Assembly (NCBI GenBank): GCA_963664705.1
Contig: OY761556.1
Coordinates: 5,664,001 to 5,728,000, forward strand
DNA: 64,000 bases
Direction: 5' to 3'
From: Acidobacteriota bacterium
GTDB taxonomy: Bacteria; Acidobacteriota; UBA6911
This document shows positions 9,779-21,377 of the stretch, piece by piece. Under the pieces are notes generated by a model that ran no database searches, was not told where the DNA came from, and worked only from the letters and a program-made list of their open reading frames with translations. Made by a program: the position numbers and the translations under genes. Position 1 is the stretch's first letter, and the number at the start of each line of letters is the position of its first letter.

Positions 9779-10615
9779 CTAGTAATTTTGTTTCTCGAGG
9801 AATGATTCAAGCAGATGATTGAACTCCGATGGTTTTTCCATCATCAGGAAATGGCCGGTTCCGGGAATGCGTGCATAGGTCAAATTGGGGAAACGCTGCT
9901 TCATTTCATCAGGATTGACCGACATTAGCGGATTGTCGGCATAGATGCCTAAAACGGGCATTTTAATAATGGCCTGTTTCCAAATGCCGGGATTCCTGAC
10001 TGCATTCATCGCTTCGACCGCAGCGATTGGCGACGTTCCCAACATCCTCGACAAAATATTCTGTCGCATTACATCAGTTGTAGCTGACGAAAACATATCC
10101 CGAATCATACCTTCGCGGATCCGCAATCCCGCTGGGCTGGAGAATTGTCGGACTGTGTAGGTAGGCGCCTTTTGATTCCAGGGGGATGTTGTTAAGCCTT
10201 CGACAAATACCAGGGCCGCCACATGTTGCGGATACAGGCATGCATATTGAAGAATTACCGCCGTGCCCATGCTGTGCCCAATCAGGATCATCCGGTTTGC
10301 TCTGACGTCGGATCGGACTGCTTCCACGGCGCGAGCAAATAAATCCATGGATAATCTGCCGCTCTTGGGCAACGGGGTTGGCCCGTGGCCTGGTAAATCC
10401 ATCGTGACAACTTGATAACGCTTGGATAGCTCGGGCACCTGAGATTGCCATGATGTCGCATCGCAGGTCCAGCCGTGTACCAGTAAAACCGTTTTGTATC
10501 CATTTCCGGTGACAGTGAAGTGGATTGGTATTCCGTCTACCGTGGCGGCGAAAACTGATGTGGGCAGCATTGAGCAGACCAGGACCATCCAAAGCAGGTT
10601 ATATCCAATCTTCAT
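9779..10615 (-). CDS. Secreted alpha/beta hydrolase
   Basis: Signal peptide, LVHGW, GHSMG nucleophile elbow, GTGHFLMME. Confidence 0.9.
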   Translation of the reverse strand: MKIGYNLLWMVLVCSMLPTSVFAATVDGIPIHFTVTGNGYKTVLLVHGWTCDATSWQSQVPELSKRYQVVTMDLPGHGPTPLPKSGRLSMDLFARAVEAVRSDVRANRMILIGHSMGTAVILQYACLYPQHVAALVFVEGLTTSPWNQKAPTYTVRQFSSPAGLRIREGMIRDMFSSATTDVMRQNILSRMLGTSPIAAVEAMNAVRNPGIWKQAIIKMPVLGIYADNPLMSVNPDEMKQRFPNLTYARIPGTGHFLMMEKPSEFNHLLESFLEKQNY

Positions 10616-11271
10616 ATCCTTCCTCGGATTGCTTTGTTCAATAGAGGATAAGGGTCTCGATAACCATCCTATCATATCGCGCATATTGCAGAATTGGGCT
10701 CATCCTCAGACTAAGTATAACCTCGACGGATTTTGTCTTCCCGACCTATTTCGTAGGTCAATTCTTCCGTGGCATCAGGCCGGAAGCGGAAAGCTCAATG
10801 AACGGAGAGGGATACTGCTGGAAAACTGTCCTCGGAAAATTCAGTCCTTTTGCATCCCGCCTTTAGGATGTGAACGGGACGGAGAAGGGAAAACCGGAAT
10901 CCTACTGCATGACTGGGCAAATGAGGCTGGCCGACGCACGGGTTAGTCGGACCACTAACTATCCGCTGCAGGACACTTGCGGGGTGATCCTATTAATAGC
11001 GGCATCTGAATCCTGCGATTGTCGGTTGGATGGAAAACATGCATAGTGCAGAGGATCAGGCTTAATTGGGCAGTCTCCATGTTTTCAGTAATAATAGAGA
11101 AATGGCAAAATAGCCTATATTGCTTTGCATTATTTCTCCCATTGAACTAAGGTAGCCGCACCCCTACCTTTTATATATGCGCTTTGGTAAAGGCGCCGTT
11201 CAGAACAACCATATTTCGAGCAGAAGAGCGTAATTTCCTGGGCTCTATGTTCCTGTTTTTAGTTGCTAAAT

Positions 11272-14200
11272 ATGCCAGCCAGAAAAAAGACCAGCAAAGC
11301 GTTAAAAGATAGCAAGAATCGGTATCGTGCCTATTTTAATCTCCCGACAGCAGGGATTGCGATCACCTCTCCTGACAAAGGATGGGTGGACGTGAATTCG
11401 GCCCTTTGTGAGATGCTTGGATACACACAGGAGGAATTGAGTTGCCGGACCTGGAGTGAGCTGACGTATCCAGAGGATCTGGAAGCAGACGTTCTCCGGT
11501 TTGAAAGAGTGCTGACAGGCGAAATCGACAGTTACAGCCTTGAAAAGCGCTTTATCCGCAAGGATCAGACAATTATCTGGGTTGACCTGTCCGTGCATTG
11601 TGTGCGCTCGGAAACCGGAGCCGTCAGCTATTTCATTGCTTTGCTAAAAGATATCACCGGCCGCAAGACAGCTGAGCAGGCTCTCAGAGAAAACGAAGCA
11701 CAACTCCGCGGGATCATCGATAATCTTCAGGATGCATATTTCCGGGCGGATCTATCCGGGCATCTCACCGTAGTTAGTCCGTCTGCAGTGCAGATGTTCC
11801 GCTATGAATCGGTCGAGGAAATGATTGGTCTGGCTGCCAAAACATTATATGCCCGGCAGGAGGACCGAAAATCGCTGCTCGAGGAGGTGCGTAGGTGTAA
11901 GCGCGTAAATGACTGGGTGAGTGTAGCGAAAAGAAAGGATGGCTCAAAATTCTGGGTCTCCATGAGCGTCCAGATTTACTGCGACAGCTCTGGCAAAGTT
12001 TCCGGCAGCGAAGGAATTGTTCGTGACATCACGGAACGCAAGGTTGCAGAGGAGACGCTTCGTTTAAATGAGGAGCGGTTGAGCCTGGCACAGACAGTTG
12101 CACATGTCGGTACGTTCAATTGGGACCTAATCACGGGGGTAAATACTTGGACATCAGAGCTGGAGGCAATGTATGGATTGCAGCCTGGCAGTTTTGCTCA
12201 AACGCAGCCTGCCTGGGAAAACCTTGTGCATCCGGAAGACCGTGAGCAGGCTGTAAAAAGGGTTAATAGCGCATTTGAGACTGGTCATCCAACAGAGGGT
12301 GAATGGCGGGTGATCTGGCCGGACCAGAGTATCCACTGGATTGCCGGCCGTTGGCAGGTCCTCAAAGACGAATCGGGAAAGCCGATCCGGATGGTTGGCG
12401 TAAATATCGACATGACAGAACGCAAACGGATCGATGAGGAAACGGCGCGATTAGCCTCCTTTCCGATCCTGAATCCAAATCCGATCATAGAAGCGGATTT
12501 GGAAGGTAACGTGCTATATGCAAACCCTTGTGCCCAAAGGCTATTTCCGAAACTTCAGGTGCTTGGTCAAAAGCATCCGTATCTGATGGGCTGGACGAAC
12601 CTGCAAAACATTAATGCCAAGGACGGACGAGCTGTTGCGCGGGATGTTATGGTGACTGACCGCTGGTATAATCAGACAATTCACTTTCTTCGGGATTCTC
12701 AAAGAATCCGAATTTATGGTTTGGATATTACCGAGCGGAAGATCGCTGAACATGCTCTCCGCGAAAGCGAAGAACGTTTCCGCAACATGGCCGACAGCTC
12801 GCCTGTGATGATCTGGGTGACGGAACCGGAAGGCGAGTGCTCCTTCCTGAGCAAATCCTGGGAGGAATTTACCGGGCAGACGCTCTCCGAAGGATTGGGT
12901 TTCGGCTGGGTTCAAGCAGTACATCCGGAAGACCGTCCGAATGTCGAATTGGCTTTCCGGCGCGGCAACGACGCACACGGCCATTACCAGATTGAATATC
13001 GGCTAAAACGCAAGAACGGACTCTATGGCTGGGTAATCGACACTGCCGCACCACGGTTCGATGCTCAGAAAACATTTCTGGGATACGTCGGTTCAGTGGT
13101 CAATATCACTGAGCGCAAGCAGAAAGAAGAAGAGCTATTCAATTCCCGCCAGTATCTGCAAACACTGATGAACGCAATTCCGGTAGGCATTGCAATCTCT
13201 GCAGATACAACCTGCAATAAAATAACAGGCAATCCGGCGATGCTTGCGCAGTTTGAGGTCGCACCGGGTGCCAATATATCCGCATCAGCTACAGATCCTG
13301 CCGAGGCAGGATCCTCCATACGATACTTTAAAAATGGACGCGAACTCACAGGCGGCGAGTTGCCGATGCAGCGGGCCATTGCAGAAAATCGCGACATCCC
13401 GCGAATGGAACTGGATATCGAATTGCCGAGCGGCCGCCGTATTTCAACTATTGCCTCCGGCGTACCTATAAGAGACCAGGGTGGAAATATCATAGGTGCC
13501 GTTGCCGTGAGCATGGATATCACCGAGCGAAAGCAGGCAGAAGATATTATCCGCCGAGCTAATGAGGAACTCGAAGCACGAGTGCAGGAGAGAACAAGCG
13601 AACTCGCTGTTCGCGCTAATCAACTCCGCGCACTGGCGGGTGAACTGACCATCTCAGAACAACGCGAACGAAAGCGCCTGGCAAATCTTCTCCATGATCA
13701 CCTTCAACAATTGCTCGTGGGGGCCAAGTATCGCCTGACGGTGCTAAGCAATAGAGTTGCGGATGATGGGACAAAACTCGCTGCAAAGGAAATTGAAGCT
13801 CTGATTGATGAAGCCATCAGGTCTTCACGATCTCTTACGGCGGAATTGAGCCCTCCAATTCTGCATGATGCGGGCTTGACTGCCGGGCTTGAATGGCTTG
13901 GCAGGCGAGTGGCTGATACGCATGGACTATTCGTGTATCTGAAAGCAGAACAAATCGGACCGCTGCCAGAAGATTTGACCATCGTTCTTTTTGAGGCAGT
14001 ACGCGAACTATTATTCAATGTGACAAAACATGCCGACACAAATTCAGCTGCAGTCATATTGCGTCAGATTGACAACTTCCTGGAGATCGCTATCACTGAC
14101 CAAGGCGTAGGCTTTGACCCGAATGATATACCGCCGGCAGGCGGCACGGGAAGTGGCTTTGGACTTTTCAGCCTCCGAGAGCGGTTGGAGTTGTTCGGAG

Positions 14201-14742
14201 GGAAACTGATGATCGACAGTGCTCCAGGACGAGGCAGCCGATTTATGATCGCAGTACCAATAACTAAGGTCGAATCAAAACCATCCGGGTTGGCGGAGTT
14301 GCCGGGAGAAATCCCTCCCAAGCTTATGCCTATACGCCAGTCAGAGAAGAAAATTCGAGTCCTGCTAGCCGATGATCATGGAGTGGTTCGGCAAGGAATT
14401 GCAAACCTGCTTAGCGATGAAGAGGACTTGGAGGTTGTCGGCGCAGCGATAGACGGCCAAGATGCGGTTAACCTGGCTGCCAAGTTAGTGCCCGATGTGA
14501 TCCTGATGGATATGAATATGCCGAGATTGAATGGAGTTGAAGCAACGCGCATTATCCACAGAGATTACTCCAACATTTGCATCATCGGTTTATCCATGTT
14601 CGAAGAAGCGGAAAAAGCTCAGGCGATGCGCGATGCCGGAGCGGTGAATTACTTGACTAAGAGCGGGCCAGCGGAGGAACTGATTAGCGCAATTAGAGCA
14701 GTAGTTGGTCGCTCTCAAAAAGCGTTTGCGGCAAAAAGTTAG
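11272..14742 (+). CDS. Cytoplasmic multi-PAS hybrid histidine kinase (HisKA_3/NarX type) with NarL-type receiver
   Basis: About six PAS/PAC; ERKRLANLLHDHLQQ; ELLFNVTKHA; DQGVGF; GFGLFSLRER; VLLADDH..LMDMNMP. Confidence 0.92.
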   Translation: MPARKKTSKALKDSKNRYRAYFNLPTAGIAITSPDKGWVDVNSALCEMLGYTQEELSCRTWSELTYPEDLEADVLRFERVLTGEIDSYSLEKRFIRKDQTIIWVDLSVHCVRSETGAVSYFIALLKDITGRKTAEQALRENEAQLRGIIDNLQDAYFRADLSGHLTVVSPSAVQMFRYESVEEMIGLAAKTLYARQEDRKSLLEEVRRCKRVNDWVSVAKRKDGSKFWVSMSVQIYCDSSGKVSGSEGIVRDITERKVAEETLRLNEERLSLAQTVAHVGTFNWDLITGVNTWTSELEAMYGLQPGSFAQTQPAWENLVHPEDREQAVKRVNSAFETGHPTEGEWRVIWPDQSIHWIAGRWQVLKDESGKPIRMVGVNIDMTERKRIDEETARLASFPILNPNPIIEADLEGNVLYANPCAQRLFPKLQVLGQKHPYLMGWTNLQNINAKDGRAVARDVMVTDRWYNQTIHFLRDSQRIRIYGLDITERKIAEHALRESEERFRNMADSSPVMIWVTEPEGECSFLSKSWEEFTGQTLSEGLGFGWVQAVHPEDRPNVELAFRRGNDAHGHYQIEYRLKRKNGLYGWVIDTAAPRFDAQKTFLGYVGSVVNITERKQKEEELFNSRQYLQTLMNAIPVGIAISADTTCNKITGNPAMLAQFEVAPGANISASATDPAEAGSSIRYFKNGRELTGGELPMQRAIAENRDIPRMELDIELPSGRRISTIASGVPIRDQGGNIIGAVAVSMDITERKQAEDIIRRANEELEARVQERTSELAVRANQLRALAGELTISEQRERKRLANLLHDHLQQLLVGAKYRLTVLSNRVADDGTKLAAKEIEALIDEAIRSSRSLTAELSPPILHDAGLTAGLEWLGRRVADTHGLFVYLKAEQIGPLPEDLTIVLFEAVRELLFNVTKHADTNSAAVILRQIDNFLEIAITDQGVGFDPNDIPPAGGTGSGFGLFSLRERLELFGGKLMIDSAPGRGSRFMIAVPITKVESKPSGLAELPGEIPPKLMPIRQSEKKIRVLLADDHGVVRQGIANLLSDEEDLEVVGAAIDGQDAVNLAAKLVPDVILMDMNMPRLNGVEATRIIHRDYSNICIIGLSMFEEAEKAQAMRDAGAVNYLTKSGPAEELISAIRAVVGRSQKAFAAKS

Positions 14743-14820
14743 ATATCACAAAAGGCCGAATGGACTTTTTGACATTTTATTCAGACTGACACGACTGGAT
14801 CTATTCAGTGTCTAACAATT

Positions 14821-15291
14821 TCAGAGTGGTTGATCACGCACAACTGTCTCATGTGCGGCTATCTTCCATTCTCCATTGATCTTTTTCAGCACGATTAAAA
14901 TGCGACCGTCGACTGTTACGCCGGCATTGGTTGCCTCGTAGATGCCTGCACAATAGGCAAGATCCCCGCTATGATAGACCGTCAGAGGTCTTATAAAATC
15001 GATATGGCCTCCAGCCCGGATGCCGCGCTCCCAATAAGATTGAATCGCCTGTCTCCCATTGGCCAAGATGTGTGCTGATAGATAGTAGCCGTCTTCCGTA
15101 TACAATTCAGCAACCGCGGACGCATTTCCATTGTTGTATAACCTGACCCATTCTTCCGGGATCTGTCGTATGGCTATATCATCAGGAATAATCTGTTTTT
15201 GACTGGGTTGAGGATTCGGCGCGGTAGCCTGGGGTACGGCAATCCTCGAGGCCAACATCAACACAACAGCGAGCTCAAGTATCAGTTTCAT
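14821..15291 (-). CDS. Exported NTF2/SnoaL-like (DUF4440) protein
   Basis: Signal peptide; YNNGNASAVAELYTED, GRQAIQSYW, GDLAY, WKIAAH. Confidence 0.8.
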   Translation of the reverse strand: MKLILELAVVLMLASRIAVPQATAPNPQPSQKQIIPDDIAIRQIPEEWVRLYNNGNASAVAELYTEDGYYLSAHILANGRQAIQSYWERGIRAGGHIDFIRPLTVYHSGDLAYCAGIYEATNAGVTVDGRILIVLKKINGEWKIAAHETVVRDQPL

Positions 15292-15408
15292 GGCTTGAAC
15301 GATAACATAGAAGAGATTGACGCTTCACCTTCGATAAAATAGCGTTTGTCTGCTTTTGCAAAGTATGAATAATGTGAACAGGCTTCTTTTGTGAAACGGA
15401 CTGACTCC

Positions 15409-18180
15409 ATGGCCGACAAAGATCGCAATAAGACTGCATTGCCTGAGAGGATTGACCAAATAGAAACTCAGAACGGGTCTGATCGGACTAAAATTGATAT
15501 TTACAATCAACTTGCATCCGACGATACACTCGGCCGGAATCGTTATGAGATGCTATTGCAGTTGAGCCGCGACGTTATCCTGTTCATCCGGCGCAGTGAT
15601 ACTCGGATTGTTGACTTCAACAGCGCAGCCCTTAAAGCCTACGGCTATTCGCGAGATGAACTATTGTCTCTGAACATTGGCGATTTGCGGGCCCCGCAAA
15701 CAATTTCACTGACTCCAGCGCAGTTGAATCAAGCCGATCAATCAGGAATTCTATTCGAGACAATCCACAGACGTAAAGATGGCACTCTGTTCCCGGTGGA
15801 GGTCAGCTCAGTAGGAACTGAAATTGAAAGCGAGCGCATACTCATCAGTATAGTCAGGGACATTACCGCGCGCAAAAAGACGCAGGGAGAGCTTGCAGAA
15901 GCAAATCGTCTATTAAGGATGACGATTGATGCCATTCCCGATCTGATGTTTGAGGTTGACGCGGATGGACGATTTTATAGCTACCATATGCTTTCGGGTG
16001 ACACCTTGTATGCCCCTCCAGAGGTTTTTCTTGGGAAAACAGTACAGGATGTACTACCCGCAGAACCCGCCAGAATCATAATGACAGCTCTTGCCCAGGC
16101 TGTGGAAAAGGGCAGACATCGAGGAGCTACATACTCATTGGCTTTGCCGGGTGGACAATACTGGTTTGAACTGTCCATATCGGCAACGCCGGGAGAAAAG
16201 TTGCAGAGTTCACGATATATTGTTCTGGCCCGCAATATTACTGAACGAAAGAGAACCGAGGAATCACTGAGGGAAAATGGTCGGCTGCTATCGGAATCAC
16301 AGAGGATCGCGCACCTGGGAAATTGGGAACTGGATATATGTACCAATGAGGTAACCTGGTCTGATGAGACGTACCGGATTTTCGAAACCGATCCGAAAAC
16401 AAGGATTTCCTACGAAACATATGTCGATGCTATTCACCCGGATGATCGCGATAGGATAACGGCTGCTTACGCGCGGTCTCTGAAGACGCATGAACCTTAC
16501 GAGATCGGTTATCGAATCCTTTTGCCGGGCGGGCGGATTAAGCATGTGCAGGGACATTCCCAATCCTTCTACAACCCGGAAGGAAAGCCGATCCGCTCCA
16601 TAGGGACGGTACAGGATATCACTGAACGAACGCGATCGGAGGATGCGCTCCGAACCAGTGAACTCAAATATCGTTCGCTGTTCGAGGCTGCCGAGGACGG
16701 AATTATATTGCTGGATTCGACAGGCTTCGTAGATTGCAATGATGCCGGTGCGCGCATGTACGGGATTTCCAAATGGGAAGTGATCGGGAAAGCGCCCACA
16801 GACTTCTGTCCGGAAAATCAGCCTGATGGCCGTCCATCAACAGAAGTGGCTCTGGAAAAAATATCCGCGGCCCTGAAAGGAACCACACAGAAGTTTGATT
16901 GGGTATCTCGGCGCCCCGATGGGACTCTTTTCGATGTCGAGATCACTTTGAGCCGGATTGGTGATCCGGGAAGTACGCTGATGTTGTCGATTGTCCGGGA
17001 CGTTACCGACCGCAGACGGGAATCGGAGAAAAACGCAAGGCTTGCCGCTCAATTGCAACAGGCTCAAAAAATGGAATCGGTGGGCAGGCTTGCAGGTGGA
17101 GTGGCGCATGATTTCAACAATATGCTCGGCGTGATCCTCGGGCACACGGACCTGGCTCTGGAACAGGTTGATCCGGAGGATCCGATTAATGAGGACCTTC
17201 GGGGAATTCAAATGGCAGCCAGAAGATCTGCCGATTTGACTCGGCAACTACTGGCCTTCGCCCGCAAGCAGACCATCGCGCTTCAAATCCTGGACCTTAG
17301 TGAAACCATCACCGGCGCTCTCAACATGCTCCAACGCTTGATCGGCGAAAATATTCAGCTGAAATGGAGTCCGACCGCGGATCTGTGGCCGGTCAAGGCA
17401 GACCCCTCGCAGATTGAGCAGATTTTGACAAATTTATGCGTAAACGCGCGCGATGCAATACAAGATGTCGGCGAAATTGTCCTCACTGCAGGGAATTGCA
17501 TGGTTGATGATCACTATTGCTCGACAAGAGAAGGGTTGACTCCCGGAGAATATGTGCGGCTTGAAATAAGAGACACCGGCGGCGGCATGGAAAAGGAAGT
17601 TCTTGAGCATATATTTGAGCCCTTTTTCACAACCAAGCAAATGGGGAAAGGTACCGGACTTGGGCTTGCGATGGTTTACGGAGCGGTAAGGCAGAACAGC
17701 GGCTTTATCTATGTTGCTAGCGAACTGGGATACGGAACAACTTTCTCTATCTACCTACCCAGGCAGGAGGCCTCTCCAAGGCAACCGGCGGCGGCGAAAA
17801 GGCCCGCCCGGCAAGGCAAGGAGACCGTTCTGCTGGTGGAGGATGAGCCGGCTATATTGAATCTGGCAGCAAGGTTGCTTCGAAAGCAAGGCTACGGAGT
17901 ATTGGCCACTAAAAGCCCGACGGATGCCTTGCGTTTGGCTGCAGAGCATGAAGGAGATATTCATCTGCTCTTAACCGATGTCATCATGCCTGAGATGAAC
18001 GGGCGTGTCCTGGCCGATAATCTGCGAGCCAGATATCCACACATCAAGTGTCTTTTTATGTCCGGATACACGGCTGATGTTGTGGCAAAGCAGGGCATAC
18101 TGGATGAAGATGTTAGCTTCCTTCAGAAACCGTTTTCAGCGGAAGAACTTGCGGACAAAATGGAGCTTGTTCTTGGCTGA
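15409..18180 (+). CDS. Multi-PAS hybrid histidine kinase/response regulator (CckA-like architecture)
   Basis: Four PAS; [15 protein letters not shown]; NLCVNARDA; [14 protein letters not shown]; C-terminal receiver. Confidence 0.93.
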   Translation: MADKDRNKTALPERIDQIETQNGSDRTKIDIYNQLASDDTLGRNRYEMLLQLSRDVILFIRRSDTRIVDFNSAALKAYGYSRDELLSLNIGDLRAPQTISLTPAQLNQADQSGILFETIHRRKDGTLFPVEVSSVGTEIESERILISIVRDITARKKTQGELAEANRLLRMTIDAIPDLMFEVDADGRFYSYHMLSGDTLYAPPEVFLGKTVQDVLPAEPARIIMTALAQAVEKGRHRGATYSLALPGGQYWFELSISATPGEKLQSSRYIVLARNITERKRTEESLRENGRLLSESQRIAHLGNWELDICTNEVTWSDETYRIFETDPKTRISYETYVDAIHPDDRDRITAAYARSLKTHEPYEIGYRILLPGGRIKHVQGHSQSFYNPEGKPIRSIGTVQDITERTRSEDALRTSELKYRSLFEAAEDGIILLDSTGFVDCNDAGARMYGISKWEVIGKAPTDFCPENQPDGRPSTEVALEKISAALKGTTQKFDWVSRRPDGTLFDVEITLSRIGDPGSTLMLSIVRDVTDRRRESEKNARLAAQLQQAQKMESVGRLAGGVAHDFNNMLGVILGHTDLALEQVDPEDPINEDLRGIQMAARRSADLTRQLLAFARKQTIALQILDLSETITGALNMLQRLIGENIQLKWSPTADLWPVKADPSQIEQILTNLCVNARDAIQDVGEIVLTAGNCMVDDHYCSTREGLTPGEYVRLEIRDTGGGMEKEVLEHIFEPFFTTKQMGKGTGLGLAMVYGAVRQNSGFIYVASELGYGTTFSIYLPRQEASPRQPAAAKRPARQGKETVLLVEDEPAILNLAARLLRKQGYGVLATKSPTDALRLAAEHEGDIHLLLTDVIMPEMNGRVLADNLRARYPHIKCLFMSGYTADVVAKQGILDEDVSFLQKPFSAEELADKMELVLG

Positions 18181-18185
18181 TTGCC

Positions 18186-19484
18186 TGTGCCTTGCCAAAA
18201 TTCCAAACTTCGGCGAAATGGCGCCCGGCGGTCTACCGATAAGTTTGGATATCGCAATGGCATGGTGATTTGGATAAGCGCCTATTGGTGTTTGCAACGG
18301 TTGAATTGCGGGCACGAGCGAAAAGAGACCGGTCGATCCGGTTCTTTTTGCAGGGAACAAGATGAATTTCGTACCTATGCAGCACGGCGTCCGTAATGAT
18401 GATGAAGGCCGCCGACCTCAGGAATCTCTATCACTTCAGCAAGTTTTGCATCCTGAATTGGCCGTCGTTCTGGCGCATCCTTATCGAGTGAGAGATGGGT
18501 ACGATATTTATGATAATAATAAAAATACCGTGCCAGGATTTTTCGCAAATGCGATTCCCCGAGAATAATTACGTGATTCAGGCAGTCCCGACGTACGGAT
18601 CCGATTAAGCGTTCGCAGAAAGGATTTTGCCAAGGGCTCCGCGGTGCCGTCATGATTTGCTCGATGCCAATCGCCTGAATCCGTTCTCGAAACTCCTCTC
18701 CATAAATGCTATCTCGATCGCGCAGCAGATACTTCGGTTCCGTCCCATCGGGAAATGCCTGAATCAGCTGCTCCCCAGTCCAGCGCGCTGTCGGATGCTC
18801 CGTCACATTGAAATGCACAATGCGCCGACGATCATGGGCAAGAACGACGAGGACAAACAGGGTTCGAAAGGTGGCCGTGGGAACCACGAAAAAGTCGATG
18901 GAGACCAAGTCCTTGACGTGATTGTTCAGAAAAGTATGCCATGTCTGGGAAGGAGGTTTTCTCCTTTTCGGCATCAATCGAGCGACAGTCGGTTCCGATA
19001 TTTTTATTCCGAGTTTAAGTAATTCCCCGTGGATTCTCGGACTTCCCCAGGTTGAGTTTGCATTGGCCATTTTGCAGACCAACTTGCGGATTTCGTTGTC
19101 TGTTCCCGGCCGACCGGCTCCGCAATGTTTTGAGAGGCGGGTCCAATATAATGCAAATCCTTTCCGATGCCACCGGACGACCGTTTCGGGTTTGACTACG
19201 ATGAGGGAATCTTGCCATCTCTGCCAGACCGAGGAAAGGAATCCCCAGAAAAGCCGATCTCTCCGTCTTAAACGTGCATGGGAACGCTCGCGTTTCAGGA
19301 TTGCCAGCTGTTGCCGCAGCGCCAGATTTTCGAGGGCCAGCTCAGTTCGATTTCTAAACCCGGATTTTAAGAATGAAAACAACAAAGACAGTGCCTCAAT
19401 CATGATTCAGAAGATTCAGAAGCCTGCTTGCTGGTGACGCTAATGTCAATATTTTCAATGCGGGCGGAATTCTGGCAAAGGACA
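18186..19484 (-). mobile_element. IS-like element with TG...CA imperfect terminal inverted repeats
   Basis: TGTGCCTTGCCAAAATTCC (18186) versus GGAATTCTGGCAAAGGACA (ending 19484) flanking an rve transposase; no target duplication seen. Confidence 0.75.
18375..19403 (-). CDS. DDE transposase, integrase core (rve) domain, IS3/IS481-like
   Basis: WGSPRIHGEL, IDFF (D), RDRD (D), PWQNPFCERLIGSVRR (E), GGLHHHY. Confidence 0.9.
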   Translation of the reverse strand: MIEALSLLFSFLKSGFRNRTELALENLALRQQLAILKRERSHARLRRRDRLFWGFLSSVWQRWQDSLIVVKPETVVRWHRKGFALYWTRLSKHCGAGRPGTDNEIRKLVCKMANANSTWGSPRIHGELLKLGIKISEPTVARLMPKRRKPPSQTWHTFLNNHVKDLVSIDFFVVPTATFRTLFVLVVLAHDRRRIVHFNVTEHPTARWTGEQLIQAFPDGTEPKYLLRDRDSIYGEEFRERIQAIGIEQIMTAPRSPWQNPFCERLIGSVRRDCLNHVIILGESHLRKILARYFYYYHKYRTHLSLDKDAPERRPIQDAKLAEVIEIPEVGGLHHHYGRRAA

Positions 19485-19702
19485 GGGCTGCATCACCGCT
19501 ATGATTGGCAGCAAACAGCGTAGCAATCAATTGCAGAGACGCCCAAATTCCTGGAAACGGAACCGCTCTTATCCTCCGCATTATATGCAAAAATCAAAGA
19601 CTTACAAATTTCTCCAGATTCAGGGATTTGGCGTCTTTATAGAATTTTATTCAAGCCTTCCTAATTCCCGTCGATGGCATTATGGCGACACACAAAGCTA
19701 CA

Positions 19703-20938
19703 CTAAACAAAGAACGGAAGTATGGATGATGCGCTGGAGACAACCAATGTTGCATCACCAACCCGGTACCGGGCTTGATAATTGGGCTGTTTGATTACTT
19801 GCAGAGCAAGCGGGCAATTTAGGTGCGGCAGAAAACGTTTGAAATGTGGAGAAGGTTGCGTGTCGTTCTCCTTAACCTCCACCGGCAGCCAGGGCTTCTT
19901 ATCTTTCACAATCAGGAAGTCAATTTCCTGTTTTTCTTTTGTCCTCAAATAAAACAATTCAAACAGGCCTTCTCCTGTATCCGTCCAATAGTGGCATGCC
20001 TTAAGAAGATGGGCCGCAACCAGGTTTTCGAATTTCGCAGCAGGATTGGTGATCTCCGAATAATCCCAGAGATAGAGTTTGCCTTCTCTTTTCAATGAAC
20101 GTGAAATTTTGGAGGTGAAGGGTTTGATCTCAAATGCATAATAGAGTTCAAATAAATACTGCATCCAGCGGCGAATAGTATCGAAACTGACCTCGAGGTC
20201 TTCTCGAAGCGAAGCGCGACTGAAAAGTGATCCGACTCTTTCCGGCAAAAGGGAGACCAATGCCTCAATCTGGCTCAGTTCGGGAATGCGCGATAAATCC
20301 CGCAGATCTTCTCGGATGACTTTCTCTATGCGGCCCCGGCGCCACAAAGTCAATCGCCTTTCTTCGCCGGCTAGAAAAGGCTCGGGGAAGCCTCCCAATC
20401 GAATGAGATCCTCCAACAGGGCCTGATCCCCCTTCCTATGGTGGCTGCTATCCTCCAGTATCCGTCTGCGAACCTGGTCCGGCGGCAATAGGGGATAACT
20501 GCCAACCTCCGCCAAGGTTAGGGGGTGCAGTCTGAAATGATAATAACGGCCCATCAGGCTGTCACTCCCCTTCCGGTAGATGCTCAATCTGGCGCTGCCG
20601 GTTACGAGAATGTCCGCGTGTAGATCCATAGTGTCGTAAACGCCTTTCAGCGTCTGTTTCCACTTCTTGGCTTTGTGAATTTCATCGAGCACCAAGAGAG
20701 GAACCTGCTGGCCGGATTTTTCGATGCGGTCGGATAAGAAGATCGATTTTGGTGACTTTGTCCAGAGACGACGGAATTCTGTCTCGTCCCAATTAAAATA
20801 TGCTCCGATTCTCCGGTCCTTCAGCAGCATTTTTCCAAGCGTTGTCTTGCCGCATTGGCGCGGCCCGGAAACGAATGACATTTTCCGATGTGCAAAGGAA
20901 AGATTTGTAAGTGCGTTTTCGATATACCGATGCAACAT
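19703..20938 (-). CDS. AAA_14 ATPase with C-terminal DUF4143 nuclease-like domain
   Basis: GPRQCGKTT, VLDEIHK, VTGSA, SLMGR, GGFPEP, KLYLWD, EIDF..VEVK. Confidence 0.88.
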   Translation of the reverse strand: MLHRYIENALTNLSFAHRKMSFVSGPRQCGKTTLGKMLLKDRRIGAYFNWDETEFRRLWTKSPKSIFLSDRIEKSGQQVPLLVLDEIHKAKKWKQTLKGVYDTMDLHADILVTGSARLSIYRKGSDSLMGRYYHFRLHPLTLAEVGSYPLLPPDQVRRRILEDSSHHRKGDQALLEDLIRLGGFPEPFLAGEERRLTLWRRGRIEKVIREDLRDLSRIPELSQIEALVSLLPERVGSLFSRASLREDLEVSFDTIRRWMQYLFELYYAFEIKPFTSKISRSLKREGKLYLWDYSEITNPAAKFENLVAAHLLKACHYWTDTGEGLFELFYLRTKEKQEIDFLIVKDKKPWLPVEVKENDTQPSPHFKRFLPHLNCPLALQVIKQPNYQARYRVGDATLVVSSASSILPFFV

Positions 20939-21050
20939 GTGACCATACTACGATGTGTCCGCAGTATGGTCAATATCGAACAGCGTCCAAATTGCGGGTT
21001 CATCGCAGTTTGGTCAAAATAGGTGATGGCTTTTATATCGGGCGCTTCCG

Positions 21051-21227
21051 TCACCGATGCCGGTATCGATTCACCCTTGCTAAAATCGTCCAAATCAGCA
21101 GGACTAAGGAAATAGTTACAAACCACAAAACGGCCTCCTTTGGACCGGCAATCCATTCGCAAAAGAGGTAAAGGCATAGCGCGAGAAACTGCAGTTGAAC
21201 GACTCGAATGACTACTTTGAGTAACAT
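21051..21227 (-). CDS. Small two-TM membrane protein, copy 2
   Basis: Identical N-half and diverged C-half relative to 7562-7738. Confidence 0.6.
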   Translation of the reverse strand: MLLKVVIRVVQLQFLALCLYLFCEWIAGPKEAVLWFVTISLVLLIWTILARVNRYRHR

Positions 21228-21377
21228 GCGCTTCGTACCTCCATGGTTCGGGCTGCTCAATCTGCTACAAATAGTTTTTTGTAGCAGATGTGAAAAGCGA
21301 TCGCATCCAAGTCAGATGCGGCTTGTAGCGGTGTAGCGGATCTTTCCAGGGGTGCGGAAGGTCCCCCCTATGGCACC

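Noticed and set aside
10690-11260. Possible ncRNA in a long intergenic region
   Set aside because: Only short hairpins and no recognisable family motif
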